A stretch of 62,987 bases of DNA, filler included, from Octopus bimaculoides (GCF_001194135.2; 7 parts of 5 records of this genome joined end to end with filler, not necessarily neighbours in it); one strand, 5' to 3'. Positions 13,770 to 26,589 are shown, counted from the whole stretch's first letter. Numbers and translations are program-made. Notes: generated by a model not told the origin, from the letters alone.

Positions 13770-14160
13770 AGCAGGCATGGTTCTGTGGTTAAGTAGCTTG
13801 CTTTGAAACCGTGCTGTTTCAGTCCCAGTGCGCAGCACCTTGGGTGATGTTTTTTACTAAAATCCCGGGCTGACAATTGTTTTGTAAGTGAATTTGATGG
13901 AAGGAATCTGTAAGTTAACCATATCTATACTTATACTCCTTTGTGTGTATGTGTGTAAGTGTGTTCACGCGCACGCATACCTTTGTGTTTGTCCTGCCTA
14001 CCGCCTGACAATTGGTAACCTAGCGGTTCGGCAAAACTGTCCAACAAGATAAATACCAGACTTAAAAAAACGTAATTCCTAGGGTCGATTTGTCCGGCTA
14101 CGCCCTTCAAGGCGGTGCCCCAGCATGACCGCTGTCCAATGACTGTAAGAAGTTAAGTGA
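13770..14160 (+). mobile_element. SINE family A
   Basis: gcaggcatggttctgtggttaag head to ggcggtgccccagcatgacc tail. Confidence 0.8.
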
Positions 14161-14934
14161 AAAAAAAAAAAAGAAATGAACACAAACAAGTATTTCCATG
14201 ACATGCGATGAGAAATAAGGAAAAGAACACAAAATAGACACGATCAACCTGAGATTTTCAAATTTTAGAAAAAGATTTAAAACGATTTGTTGGAATGCAT
14301 TTAGCGTGGCATCGTACAGTCTTTCTCACTCTCTACTCAGTTGAACAGATGAAAAGCAATAACCAAACGAAAACAAAAACAAATTATTCTTCTCCTACGT
14401 AATGCACTGTTTTAACCTCTTAACATACAAGTATCTTTCGATTTCCATACAAAAAATATCATATCCTTTTTATTATTTATTTTAAATCTGTATTTAAGGA
14501 AGAATAAGTACACAAATTATTTTGGATCAGTTATGATTTATTATGAAATTACTGACAGAAATGATAGTTACTGAAAGTTAATGATAGAAAAGGAGAATAA
14601 CGTCATGCACGAAGTATTTCGCGTTAGAAATAAGTGACAGATACCTCAGGGTACAGTGAACATATATTTTCGTTCAAATATGTATTTACTAGACATCTCT
14701 GAACAACAATGCACGGCATAATATGTTAAGAGGTTAATGCAACGCGTTTTCTTATTTTAGTCTTTATGAGAACTCAGCACTGAGTGACACTTATAGTAGA
14801 AACAGCTGTAAGCTAATGTCAATGATTGCGTAAGTTTTGTTCTTTCATCACTAACCGTCATTAGGCTGTGTAGGGATCTGAAGTTCCATCACCTGGTTGT
14901 CATTATCGCTATGCCTAAACACCCTTATAACATG

Positions 14935-14984
<50 letters not shown>

Positions 14985-15387
14985 CACACACACACACAAA
15001 TTGATTGATACATACACACATGTAGTAAGTGAGAAGGGATCAGATAATCCAGGACAGCACTCCTGCGAGTGGGGTCTATCTGGTATTATACGAAGGAGAA
15101 TTTATCTAAGAGAAACATCCATGTCTACACACACGATGTTTAATTTGTCTTCCATACGTTATTCAAACAACTGTAAAACATCGAACAGACTTCATTTACA
15201 CTCACACACTCACACTCACACTCTGTGTGTGTGTGTGTGTATGTGTGTTTCTGTGGATGTGCGTGTATTTGTGTATGTGTGTACATGTATGTACTTAGAA
15301 TAAGTTTTTGAAGGACGAGAGAAGTCAAATTAATGTTACATACATTTCGATGCACGGCCACTGGTTTCGTATTACATACAATAATAA

Positions 15388-17683
15388 CACTGCGCAGCAA
15401 AGACTTTGCTACTGGGGTAAATGTATGTGTTATAGACTAAATCGAGGATGTCGATTCCGAATCCGCACTCAGAATTGTTCTAACATGTCAGGATTTTGAG
15501 TTATGTGCATGCGCAAGATAAGATTATACTTTCGTTTAGATATCGGCCGTAATATAAAATTTCTTAAAATAAAAGCCGTCTTCATTCAAAATGAAAGAAA
15601 TTACAGCAACATAACAAACGATAAGAAAGTTCATTATTTAGCTTAGCAATAGAAGGCGCTGACGTATTGTGTGCACACGCCAAATACATCAGTTTGTTCT
15701 TGGTAACTCTCAGTGTTGTTTGCGCTGCCATCACATTTGGCATGTGTATCTCTCGCTCTGCGTGATTACTGTTTTAACTGTGTTCATTGTGTTAGATCAT
15801 GAATAGGAGAGGTTGTGTCAATCACCCAGACAACTTTTGTTATGTCTGTGGAAAATTTACTTCGTGTGACCAGCTGAAGAACATTGCCACAATATTAAAA
15901 ACTGCCTATAAATATTATTTCAGATGTAAAGTTGGGGACCAAGACAAGAGATGGACACTTCATATATGCTGCACCGTGTGCTACTCAGAGCTTACACAGT
16001 GGCTGAATGGAAAACGGAACGGAATGCTTTTTGCTGTACAAATGGTATGGCGTGAGCCAACTACTCATGTCTCTGTTACTTTTGCATGACTAATATTAGT
16101 GGGTTCTCAAAGAAAACCAAAGCAAAAATTGTGTATGCTGAGTGTAAGTCGGCTCTAAAACCGGTTCCACCTGACTTCGAGAACCCTGTCCCAGTTCCCC
16201 TCTCACATGATTCTTTTGAAGACCTTGACTCGTCGCACGATGAACACCTTGATTCTCCTATCCACGAAGAGTACGTAGTTGATTCTATGAAAAATGAGCC
16301 GCGCTTGTTTAATCAAGATTTGAATGATTTAGTAAGAAACCAAGAGTTGTCAAAGGAGAAGGCAGAAGTTTTGAGATCTAGACTACAGCAACAGAATTTC
16401 CTACAGCGAAGTACGAAAATGTTCATTTTCCTTTATCGCCTTGAAGGCTTATCTATCTTTTCTAAGTCAGAAAATAATGCTTGTTTCTGTACTGATGTTA
16501 ATGCACTCATGCAAAAACTAGGACATGTGCATGTGGCTAACGAATGGAGATTGTTTATAGATTCGAGTAAGGTTAGCCTCAAAGCTGTATTGTTACATAA
16601 TGGTAATGAAAAACCTTCCATTCCTGTGGGTCATGTTGTCGGTATGGAAGAAACTTATGAATCGTTGGAAGTCATTCTGAAAGGAGTTAATTACTCAGTT
16701 CATAAGTGGAATATTTTTGGTGATTTAAAGGTGATTTTCATCCTCCTAGAACTGCAGCTGGGATATACCAAAATTATGTGCTTCTTGTGTGTTTGGAACA
16801 ACCGCGACAACAGCAATCATTACACTGTAAAAGACTGGCCTAAAAGAGATGAGCACATAGTTGGTCGATACAATGTGCAGCATATGCCACTGGTAGACCT
16901 CAAAAGGTCTTCTTTTCACCCCTTCACATCAAACTCGGCCTCATGAAAAACTTTGGAAAAGCAATGACGCACGATGGTTGTGGTTTCCAGTACCTAAAAG
17001 TAAAATTTGGTGCAGAGAAAAGTGACGCAAAACTGAAAGCAGGCATTTTCATTAAACCTGCGATCAGAGAATTGATGTCTGATAGCAAATTCAGAGGTAA
17101 ACTGAACCAAGTTGAGCTGACGGCATGGAATTCCTTCGTGTTAGTTGTACAGAACTTTCTTGGAAATTATAGAGCTGGAAACTATGCTGATTTAATAAAC
17201 AACATGCTAACAGTGTATGAAAGAATGAGATGCCGAATGTCCCTTAAAATGCACTTCTTGCATTCTCATCTCGATTTATTTCCAACGAATCTTAGTGCAG
17301 TTAGTGATTAGCATGGTGAGAAGTTCCACCAGCACATATTTGAGATGGAAACGATGTATTAAGGCCGGTTCAATCCACACATGATGTGTGACTGCTGCTG
17401 GTTCCTACAACGGGAGAATAGCACGGTGCATAAACGCAAGAGCAAGTGTTTCAAACATTTCTGAGCTGAGCGTATCAAAAATAAAGACAGTATTCCCTTA
17501 ACATAAATATACTATGTATCATTAAATTATAATATTATTTCCTTTGAATTATGCGCATAACTCAAAATCCTGACGTGCTACAACAATTCCGAGTTTTGAT
17601 TCGGAATCAGTGTACTTGATTTAGTTTAGTACAGCACTATTTGTCTAGGTAGCAGACAATAATTTTTTTGCTGTAGCCCAGTG
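15388..17683 (+). mobile_element. Full-length decayed Chapaev3-type (CMC superfamily) DNA transposon
   Basis: CACTG...CAGTG termini and imperfect ~130-bp TIRs (for example gattccgaatc and tcaggattttgagttatg present at both ends, inverted). Flanks are TAA (15385-87) and TTA (17684-86), matching the TWA target. Encodes a transposase with an N-terminal Cys-rich CYVCG...HICCTVC region. Confidence 0.85.
15799..17464 (+). pseudogene. Chapaev3-type transposase pseudogene (2 frameshifts, at least 2 in-frame stops)
   Basis: Motifs CYVCGKF, GDQDKRW, VWREP, RLFIDSSKVSLKAVLLHNGN, GDLKV, KMHFLHSHLDLFP and SD*HGEKFHQ. Frameshifts near 16086 and ~16905-16945; TAG at 17309. Confidence 0.85.
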
Positions 17684-17954
17684 TTATATAATGTTATGTA
17701 TTAAATCTAGAGGCAATTAACTTCGTCAGACATTCTTATTTTGACTCACAACTGCATATAAACGCGTAAAATCGACTTCCCATATGCACTACTTTCTGAG
17801 ATACTAGAGGATACATTCTGGCTGCAGTGAAAGGAAATGGCTTTAAGCTGATATTTGAAACTGCACCGATAAAGTTATGTTTGTTGAATGCTTGTCACGA
17901 GAGAAGTTTGCATTAAAGCTGAAATTTAATAACAAAAATATTAAATATTTAAGA

Positions 17955-17956
<2 letters not shown>

Positions 17957-17997
<41 letters not shown>

Positions 17998-18007
17998 NNN
18001 NNNNNNN

Positions 18008-18050
<43 letters not shown>
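17957..18050. repeat. (AAT)n microsatellite
   Basis: Direct reading. Confidence 0.95.
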
Positions 18051-18052
<2 letters not shown>

Positions 18053-19212
18053 TTACTATGAATCTTTCGTGTATCTTTTTTTTTATTTTTTGTCTATGCT
18101 GATTGTAAATTTTAGTTCACTTGTCTTCAACAACATGAACAACAACCTCAATCAGATCAACAACTATAACTATAGCAATAACTACACAGAAATTGTTTCC
18201 AAACATATTTTATTTTAAATGCACAATTTTTCAATGATTAAAAATAACATTTTAAAGAGATTTAATATATTTCTATTTTTATAAACTGATTTATGGAAAT
18301 AGTCACTTAAGTAACCCAATCGCTTTTACACAGCATTCAGTTAAAATGTACAAGACAGCAATGTCTCAACGTGTATCAACATACGCATATGTATGTGAGT
18401 GTGTGCGTGTATGAGTGTGTGTGCATTTGTGTGTGTGTTTATGTGTATGTGTGCATGTGAATGCATGCATGTGTGTGTGTGTGTGTGAGTTTGTGTGTGC
18501 ACATGTTTGTGTGTGGAGAGCAAATCAGAGGATCAGTCATCACAATTTCCAATAGCACTGCAAATAAATACTACAGACAGAAGATCTTCAAGTAGCATAA
18601 TGTTTACTTGCGGAAGGCGGCGGAAAATTCAACGTGTAATGTTTTATAAATGTTCTTAATTCAATTTTGATGCATAAATGTATAAATCTTCATGACATTG
18701 TTTTCATTGTGTCAAAAATTTCTACTATGTCTTCCATTTCCTTCCATAATGGAACGTATTACAAGCGTAACGCTCAAACACATGTCGTTACAAGCAGAAT
18801 AATATTATATAGATTATTGAATTAAGGCGTCTTGCCAACTGGAATAAGAGACTGAACGTTGGACAAAGTGCCTTCAGTAATTTAGATATAAATTCCAATC
18901 CCGGCGAGGTAATCTTTGTGTTTTATTTACTAACGAAAGAAAGCACACGACTGAGATACTGGAGGTTGACTAAATGGGTTATATTCATCATCGAAATTTG
19001 TAATTTTATGCAGATGTAAAAAAAAAAAAATTATTATTACTGAAGGGGTGAGGATGGATCTTTTGTTGTTGTTGTTTAGTTCCTGGTCAGCTCAAACGCA
19101 TTCCAGTAGGACTTGTGGATCTGTAATTCTAAATGTATAGCTCCACTATATAAAACGGTGGGATGTAACTTGTGTGAAAATTGGCTGGTATTTCTAGCCG
19201 GTCGAAACGTAC

Positions 19213-19304
19213 CTACTGCAGTAGATTTAAGGAAACGGTAGAGCACAGGCCAAAGTTGTATGACATATATTGAGCAAGCATTTCCTCTCCGACCTGATCA
19301 GCAT
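19213..19304 (-). CDS. Candidate downstream exon (phase 1): NADQVGEEMLAQYMSYNFGLCSTVSLNLLQ*
   Basis: Acceptor cattttgtgcag-type site at 19305-19307; open frame in the phase left by the 211-nt exon; ends TAG|gtacgt. Confidence 0.3.
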
Positions 19305-20682
19305 CTGCACAAAAATGTTATGAAGGTACTGCTTCCCAATGAGATATGACTTGATAATAATTAACTACTCGATATCCGTAGGATATCAAATGGTTAAATG
19401 AATATATACACCTCTCATACCTCCTAACTTTTTATATTAGAAAGAAAGAAAGAAAGAAAGATGCATACAAATGTGATAGACATAATAATTGAAGGAATCC
19501 TAGTAGAGAAGAATGTTGGCACTTATTACTTACTCGAAATTTAACAGAAACAAACGCAAAATCTAGAGTTCAGTGATTGGAAGAAAATTATTTTAAATGT
19601 CCCTTTTCTATGCATTAATTAGCTTTTTAATTTAGAATAATACTATCTTTAATATTTCTGCTGTCTAGTTGTTGTTTAGCAAATCACGCCGTCCAGCCCT
19701 GACTATCTCTCGTTGGATAAAAATCAGCATGCTGACCTTGACCTTTGTTACTGCGTCTGTCTTTCCACTTTAGTCATTTACCCCTTCCATTAGCTGAATT
19801 TTAACAAAAACTGCAATAATGTCGACATGTAGAATATTCTATATGAATCCATATGAAAAGCAATGGTTTCCTATGAGAAATATTGAAGACAGCCTTGTTT
19901 GAATAACTTAAAACGTTCTATTTAAACTGAACGTTACGATCTGCCAGTACAATGTCCTGAACAGCTGTAATTGAATGGCTGGTTTTGTGTTGCTGACACA
20001 AATTATTGAAACTGAAGCGTCAAGTACCGACCGTTAATACAGCTAGCCATTCTTTAACTACAAAAGCACATACTTCAAAACATAAGGCTGCGCGTTAGAT
20101 CTGCTAATCAGATGTCATTTAAATAAACATCTATTTGAAATCTCTTCAGCAAGCGTTGCATGTAATTACACGCAGGAATAAAGTTAGATTTCTATAGAAA
20201 TTTAAAAAATAAACGAATCACTACGATGTTACATTAGCAAAAACATAATTGCAGATATTTTTATTCAGAAATTTCTTTTGAATATATTTTCCTGAACAAC
20301 AGTTATGAATATATCAGTTAAGTTTAAAGGTTTTAATCAAAACGTACTTTTCTACGGTGTGATTAAAACATACGCATGCTCATACACACGCGCCTACACA
20401 CACACGGCTGTACACGCATCTCCTCACGCATATATACACATTCTGAAACGTAAGCAATTAGATTGGAAATAAGCATTCCTGCATCAGTAAACACTCATAG
20501 GCTTCGAAATTTTTCTTCGAAAAATAAAACACATACATAAATATGTTACACATACACGCAAGCTATATATATATATATATATNNNNNNNNNNNNNNNNNN
20601 NNNNNNNNNNNNNNNNNNNNNNNNNNTTAATTAATTAANNNNNNNNNNNNNNNNNNNNNNNNNNNNNNNNNNNNNNNNNNNN

Positions 20683-21054
20683 AATCTTTCAGGATGATAA
20701 TGCACCAATTCACACAGCTAAAGTTGTTACTGAATGACACAAAGAACATTCTAGTGAAGCTGAACATTTTATCTGGCCATCACAGTCCCCAGATCTCAAT
20801 ATTATTGAACATTTATGGTGCATTTTAGAAAAACAAGTAAGGAGTTGATATCCTCCACCATCATCACTACAAGAACTGGAGACTGTTTTAGCTGAAGAAT
20901 GGACAAAAATTCCTGTGGAAACAATTCAAACTTTGTATGAGTCCATATCTCGTAGAATTCAACTTGTAATTACTGCCAAAGACAGTCCTGCCCTATATTA
21001 AAAATAAATTTGTTTGAAATTTTAAGGTGTTTCCATTATTTTGCCCAACCCCTG
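20683..21054 (+). mobile_element. Tc1-like transposon 3' end with DD36E spacing, right TIR and TA target; left part lost in gap
   Basis: [43 protein letters not shown]...; ends ggtgtttccattattttgcccaacccctg followed by TA. Confidence 0.85.
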
Positions 21055-21064
21055 TATATGTATA

Positions 21065-21235
21065 TATTATCATTCAACATCCATGCTGGTATGACAGGAG
21101 CTGGCAAGGCCAGGGGCTACACCAGATTCCATTGTCTGTTTTGGCTTGGCCTCTACAGCTGGATACCCTTTCTTACTCCAACCACTTTACAGAGAGTACT
21201 GGGTGCTTTTTATGTGGCACCAGCACCAGAGCTTT
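21065..21235 (-). mobile_element. SINE family C ((GAT)n-tailed)
   Basis: Reverse complement of aaaagcacccag...gtaaagtggttgg...catccagctgtaga. Confidence 0.75.
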
Positions 21236-21445
21236 TTAGAAGGTATGAGAGGTGAATATATTTAACCACTCATCTTTAGGATTACAGCCATTTCACAGCC
21301 TCCCCCAACAAACAAATAAATTCTCCTCCCATATCTCTTGTCTTTTTATGGCTAATATACCCTCCACAAAATAACCTTATTGATGGGATATCCTAGATCT
21401 CAACTGCATGGAATTCTGAATTATGTTCCTCTGTATTGGTTGGTT

Positions 21446-21449
<4 letters not shown>

Positions 21450-21494
<45 letters not shown>

Positions 21495-21534
21495 NNNNNN
21501 NNNNNNNNNNNNNNNNNNNNNNNNNNNNNNNNNN

Positions 21535-21598
<64 letters not shown>
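21450..21598. repeat. (GA)n microsatellite
   Basis: Direct reading; partly N. Confidence 0.95.
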
Positions 21599-21601
<3 letters not shown>

Positions 21602-21680
21602 CAATAATTTAAATTGCAGATTAACTAAGTTGAAGGCATGATCCAATTACATTAACGAATAACAATAAATTCATACGTAC

Positions 21681-21891
21681 TCTGAATAAATGGTTTTTCA
21701 GGAATTGACCCTCGCAGACTGTTTCCTTCAGTTGAAGTCTGTGAAAAAAAATTTGATGCGAGAGCAGGATTTGTTAAAGAAGCTCTGCGTTCTGAACCAC
21801 TATCCCATTTGATGTTTGCCTTAGACTTTGGAGAACTTGACAATGATTTTTCTGTATCACTGGAACCAAACATACTTTTCCATTCAGCATT
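21681..21891 (-). CDS. Internal coding exon (211 nt, phase 0 to 1) of unnamed minus-strand gene: NAEWKSMFGSSDTEKSLSSSPKSKANIKWDSGSERRASLTNPALASNFFSQTSTEGNSLRGSIPEKPFIQ
   Basis: Acceptor ttttcttttcag|AATGCT and donor CAGA|gtacgt on the minus strand. Open frame across the exon, phase-compatible with the 49-nt exon upstream. Contains RRASL, a PKA-type motif. Confidence 0.85.
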
Positions 21892-23399
21892 CTGAAAAGA
21901 AAAATATTATTATTATTGAGTGAGAAAGCAGTGCATATCATCAGAGTGACACTGGGGTACAAATATGCAAAGCCCAATATACCCATCATGACTACAGATA
22001 AAGCTACACCAGCCATATGTGCATGACATGGTGACCTCATATCAGAATAAACAGTGCTTGCAGGTGGGGGCCAGTAGTCCAGCCTGCTCAAAAGGACCCT
22101 GAATAAGGTTTGTTTAAAGATGATGAGTGAAACAACCATGTTTCCAGAGGTGAATTATTCAAACCCCAAAGAATCCCTCTCAGCACATAGCTATGATGCT
22201 CCCCGACTACTCCTGCTTGTGATCAGAGATGCACATATTGTGAGCCACTAAGGGACATGCCCAACTGGTTAAAGTTGAGCAACTGGCAAGCAAATTTGTG
22301 GTATTGAGCAGAATATTAGCTGATGCCTATTATTATTAATAATAGTTTTAGTAGAAGCATGTACACAAAAATCACACACACACACACACATTAATCATTT
22401 GACTGTGGAAATCAGATATACTCAAGAATTCACCACCCTTAACTGCTAAAAGCTTTAAGAGTAATGAAATTGAAGAATGTCATGTTTGAAACTATTTTTT
22501 TGTTAAGGTTTGCCAAGTTTATTGAGGCATGACTTGCAGAAAATACCAATTCTAATTTTTTGATAGATATTTAACATCATTACTTGAATAACCATGAAAT
22601 TTTATTTCACAGTTAAAGGGTTAATTTGGCTACAAGCTAAGCTACTTATATGAAAACAGCCAACAGATAACCTCTCTTATGACATCGTCATGTGCCGAAA
22701 CTATCTTTTTACATACCATTTGAGAATTAATTACAACATATTAATCTCTTCTTAATTGTGCTGTGCCCAAAAATTGGTCTCAGACTCTTTGATTTATTTT
22801 TTTCTTTGTTAACAACCACATATATTAAAGAGATGTAACAGCAACAAACTGTTACTGAGAACAACACCAGTTGAGATGCACAGTAAATGAATGTTCAAAT
22901 ATATGTTAGAAAAGTAGTTATTGGAATGTTAGTTGAAGAGAGACTTGTCTGTACATGTTGCAACAGTTTGATCTGTCAAATAGCTCTTGAACTAAAATAT
23001 GGATGAATTCAATAGAGAAGATTGTACCACATATGAATGAGATTCAAATAGGTTGGAATCATAATTTTTCAGGTTGTCATCCCATCATCATCATTTAATG
23101 TCAGTCGTCAATGCATGCATGGGTAGGATTAATATGCCCTCTAAATTATTTTAAAGAGAAGTTAAATTTTTTGACATAAAATTGTTTCATAAGTGTAATA
23201 TTTCGTATTTTGTTTAGGCAATGTATATCACCCCACCCAAATATTTGACTGGTCTAAGAATAATTTACAACAGCAATACCCAGGTCTCATGTTTCTCTAA
23301 ATAATATTACATAGAGCCATTCTTGTGTGATGTACATGACAGTTTCACATACACACAGATTGTGCAAGTGGGAGACCCAGGAAGATATAGGATGAAGTA

Positions 23400-23720
23400 G
23401 TGAAGAACGGCCTCAGGATGCTGAATCTTTCAGGCAAGACGGCAAAGGACTGAGATGCCTGGTGCCTTGCTGTATTCAAGATGACTCATATTCTGCAGCA
23501 GAAGCATATTCTGCCACATAAAAGTGCCTGTGTGGTGCCATGTAAAAGCACCCAACACACTCTGTAAAGTGGTTGGCGTTAGGGAGGGCATCCAGCTGTA
23601 GAAACCATACAAAATCAAACTGGAGTCTGGTGCAGCTCCCCAGCTTGCTAACACTGGCCAATCCATCCAACCCATGCCAGCATGGACAATGGATGTTAAA
23701 TGATCATGATGATGATGTAT
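23400..23720 (+). mobile_element. SINE family C
   Basis: aaagcacccaacacactctgtaaagtggttggcgttagggagggcatccagctgtag...atgatgatg tail. Confidence 0.85.
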
Positions 23721-24267
23721 TGATTTACAGCAAAGTTTTACCACCCAGGCAAGGAAAAAGTTCTTTTGAAAAGATCAAAAAAATGGGATGTATGTGACAC
23801 TACACACAAAATAATAACTTTTCTCGTTTAAAAATATTAACAGCAAATTCCTCTGAATTTTTTCAGAGCAGTATAGAAAGTCTCATGGTGTTTATTTACA
23901 TTGACCTTGGAATTTCAGAAAATGCTAATGAGTTTTCTGGACAACAATGTCTGTGGTCACAACTCACACTGCTGTGACGTGTGTGACAAAAATGGATATC
24001 AATATCTGGTCAAAGATGAACCATTTCAAAACACCTTTGCAGGTATAGAGTAATTCTTCAGGACATTCTAAAACATTTTTAAAAACCTGTTTTGGTTCAA
24101 CTTTAATGAGAATGGTCCTATGGGAATTGATATGGCTTGTTAAGATATTTCGTTTTTTTCATGTTAGGAAAAAAAAGCAAACAACTAATATAGAAGACAG
24201 AAAACATTTTAAAAAAAGACTTTAAAAATGTGATTAATATAAAAGATAAAATTTCTGTAATAGTTAC

Positions 24268-24316
24268 CATAGCAACTGCTGAATTATCTAATTGGGGACT
24301 TTTTTTTCTTCGTGAT
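24268..24316 (-). CDS. Internal coding exon (49 nt, phase 2 to 0): (R)SRRKKSPQLDNSAVAM
   Basis: Acceptor ttttctctattccactatag|ATCACG and donor GCTATG|gtaact. Exactly bridges the phase-2 end of the 150-nt exon and the phase-0 start of the 211-nt exon. Confidence 0.85.
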
Positions 24317-24410
24317 CTATAGTGGAATAGAGAAAATAACAACATCAAATATTATGCAAATAATTAATAAAACAACTTTAATTAAAAATGTTGAGAAGCT
24401 TAAAATAGTG

Positions 24411-24646
24411 TAAATATCAGAATATTGAATAAATATCAGAATATTGAATAAATATCAGAATATTGAATAAATATCAGAATATTGAATAAATATCAGAATA
24501 TTGAATAAATATCAGAATATTGAATAAATATCAGAATATTGAATAAATATCAGAATATTGAATAAATATCAGAATATTGAATAAATATCAGAATATTGAA
24601 TAAATATCAGAATATTGAATAAATATCAGAATATTGAATAAATATC
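24411..24646. repeat. Perfect 19-bp minisatellite (TAAATATCAGAATATTGAA) x ~12.4
   Basis: Direct reading: identical units, no spacers. Confidence 0.97.
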
Positions 24647-24719
24647 TGATAACAAGGATATAGTACAGACATCATATTGACAGAATATTTAGCAATTATA
24701 TATCTGATATTCTATCTGA

Positions 24720-25052
24720 TAGCTTGGTGCCTTGCTGTACTCAAGAAGACCCGTACTCTGCCACAGATGTGTTAAGACCAGTCCCCCTCATGGTGAGGAT
24801 TGACCTACAAGAGTCCTGTTCCAGTGCCATGCAAAAGCACCTGTGCAGTACTATGTAGAAGCACCTGTGTGATGCAATGTAGAAGTGCCTGTGTGGCGCT
24901 ACATGAAAGCACCCAGCACACTTTGTAAAGTGTTTGGTGTTAGGAAGGGCATCCAGCAGTGGAAACCATGGTGTGGCTCCTCAGCTTATCAGCTCTGGTC
25001 AAACTGTCCAACCCATGCCAGCATGGACAATGGACGTTAAATGATGATGAGC
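24720..25052 (+). mobile_element. SINE family C
   Basis: Same body and tail ggacgttaaatgatgatg. Confidence 0.85.
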
Positions 25053-25397
25053 TATCTGATGTACGGCAATTGACAAGACCTGTGACTCAAAGGGTCATAG
25101 AGACACAGGATAAATAAAATTTGGTATTACAAGTTGTTTTTTAACAATACTCACAATACTCAGAAAAGTGTCATCTGCTGTTTGGTGGTGCCTATTTACA
25201 GCTAAGTAGACTCAGTTAATTGACAGTTAAATGTCCTGATGACAGACAATACATTGTCAGGATATGAACCCTTGATCTTTGGGCTGATTGTTGGGTACCT
25301 TAACTGCACATCAATTTATGTTCCTAGCTATATATAGGTAGGATACATAGTAAATATATCAAGAAAATATACAATATTTGATATATAAAATATATAA

Positions 25398-25572
25398 GCA
25401 CCCACTACACTCTCTGAGTGGTTGGCGTTAGGAAGGGCATCCAGCTGTAGAAACTCTGCCAAATCAGATTGGAGGCTGGTGTAGCCATCCGGTTGCACCA
25501 GTCCTCAGTCAAATCGTCCAACCCATGCTAGCATGGAAAGCGGACGTTAAACGATGATGATGATGATGATGA
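25398..25572 (+). mobile_element. SINE family C subfamily (young), 5'-truncated
   Basis: Near-identical to the reverse complement of 62645-62825. Confidence 0.85.
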
Positions 25573-25905
25573 TACAATAAGTTTCTGAGAGCCACTTTAT
25601 TATACAAAGGATATTCAAACAACAAACTTAACATGACCAATTATCTTGTCTCCATCATATCATTTTCAGCATTAGTATTTTTCATTATGGCCATAACATT
25701 TGCTAATTCCCCTCCAGAGTCTTCAGTCAATAATTGTTATATTATTAAAACTTGAAATAGAAAATGAGGTTGCCAGAATATGAACAAAATATTGGATGGA
25801 AGAGAACGGGATAAGGGTACAGATTAGAGGTATGGATAAAAAGGTAGCTGACTGAACAAGATACCTAATAATCCAAGAAAGAAAAAGAACTAAAATAATA
25901 GATAC

Positions 25906-26055
25906 CTGGCAGGGGAATTTGGTGTTTCTGTTCGGGTATCTTTAGGTTTGAAGAGATCAGCATGTCTTCGTGTAAATGTGTTACCTAGATGGCGCAGGTT
26001 TAGTTTTCCTCGTGAGCAGTCATCATCTATTTCAGCAAATACTGCTTCAACAGAG
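25906..26055 (-). CDS. Internal coding exon (150 nt, phase 2 to 2): SVEAVFAEIDDDCSRGKLNLRHLGNTFTRRHADLFKPKDTRTETPNSPA(R)
   Basis: Acceptor ttgttatatttgtag|CTCTG and donor GCCAG|gtatct. 49 open codons with protein-like composition. Confidence 0.85.
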
Positions 26056-26428
26056 CTACAAATATAACAAACGGTGATATTTAATTGATATATGTTTAAT
26101 GATTATTTTAAAGAAACAAATCCCTATAAACCTTTAAGAACAATATAATTGATGGCAAGTGAACAGACACAAGTTGGTGTGAGCAGTAAGAAACTCTAGA
26201 GAGAGCTGTACAGCAGAAAATCTTCAGAAGCCCCCTCTTCTCCCCTTAAGCAAGTGTTTTAGGCTCTTAACTCCTTATATTCTAAGATGGGTCATGCACA
26301 TCCAGGTCATGACCCCTGGATACTGTGCTGCTGCCACATGCAGTGCTATTGTCTACAATGTAACTCACTTGGATGGCTAAGGTACCCCAGATCCATATAC
26401 ATATATGTCTGTTCGTCTGTATATATAT

Positions 26429-26479
<51 letters not shown>

Positions 26480-26589
26480 TGTGTGTGTGAGAGTGTGTGT
26501 GTGTGTGTGACCTGAAGCCAATTTTATAAAGTCAATCAAAACACATCAGAATTTAGGATAAAGAACAACAAAAATAAGTAAAATAATAA

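Noticed and set aside
16086-16946. Three ORFs with ATGA start/stop overlaps resembling a bacterial operon or horizontal transfer
   Set aside because: They are consecutive frameshifted pieces of one Chapaev3 transposase; motifs run across the junctions.
22890-22995. Possible terminal exon FKSYLTDQTVATCTDKSLFN*
   Set aside because: It would need a phase-0 entry and nothing else supports it; not distinguishable from chance.
23880-24110. Apparent minus-strand exon with AG/GT ends
   Set aside because: All three frames hit stops; looks like a DNA-transposon remnant.
24411-24646. Regular repeat array as CRISPR
   Set aside because: No spacers; pure tandem 19-mer in a eukaryotic intron.
25625-25740. 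Protein-like minus-strand stretch LLTEDSGGELANVMAIMKNTNAENDMMETR*
   Set aside because: In-frame TAA immediately upstream and no adequate acceptor.
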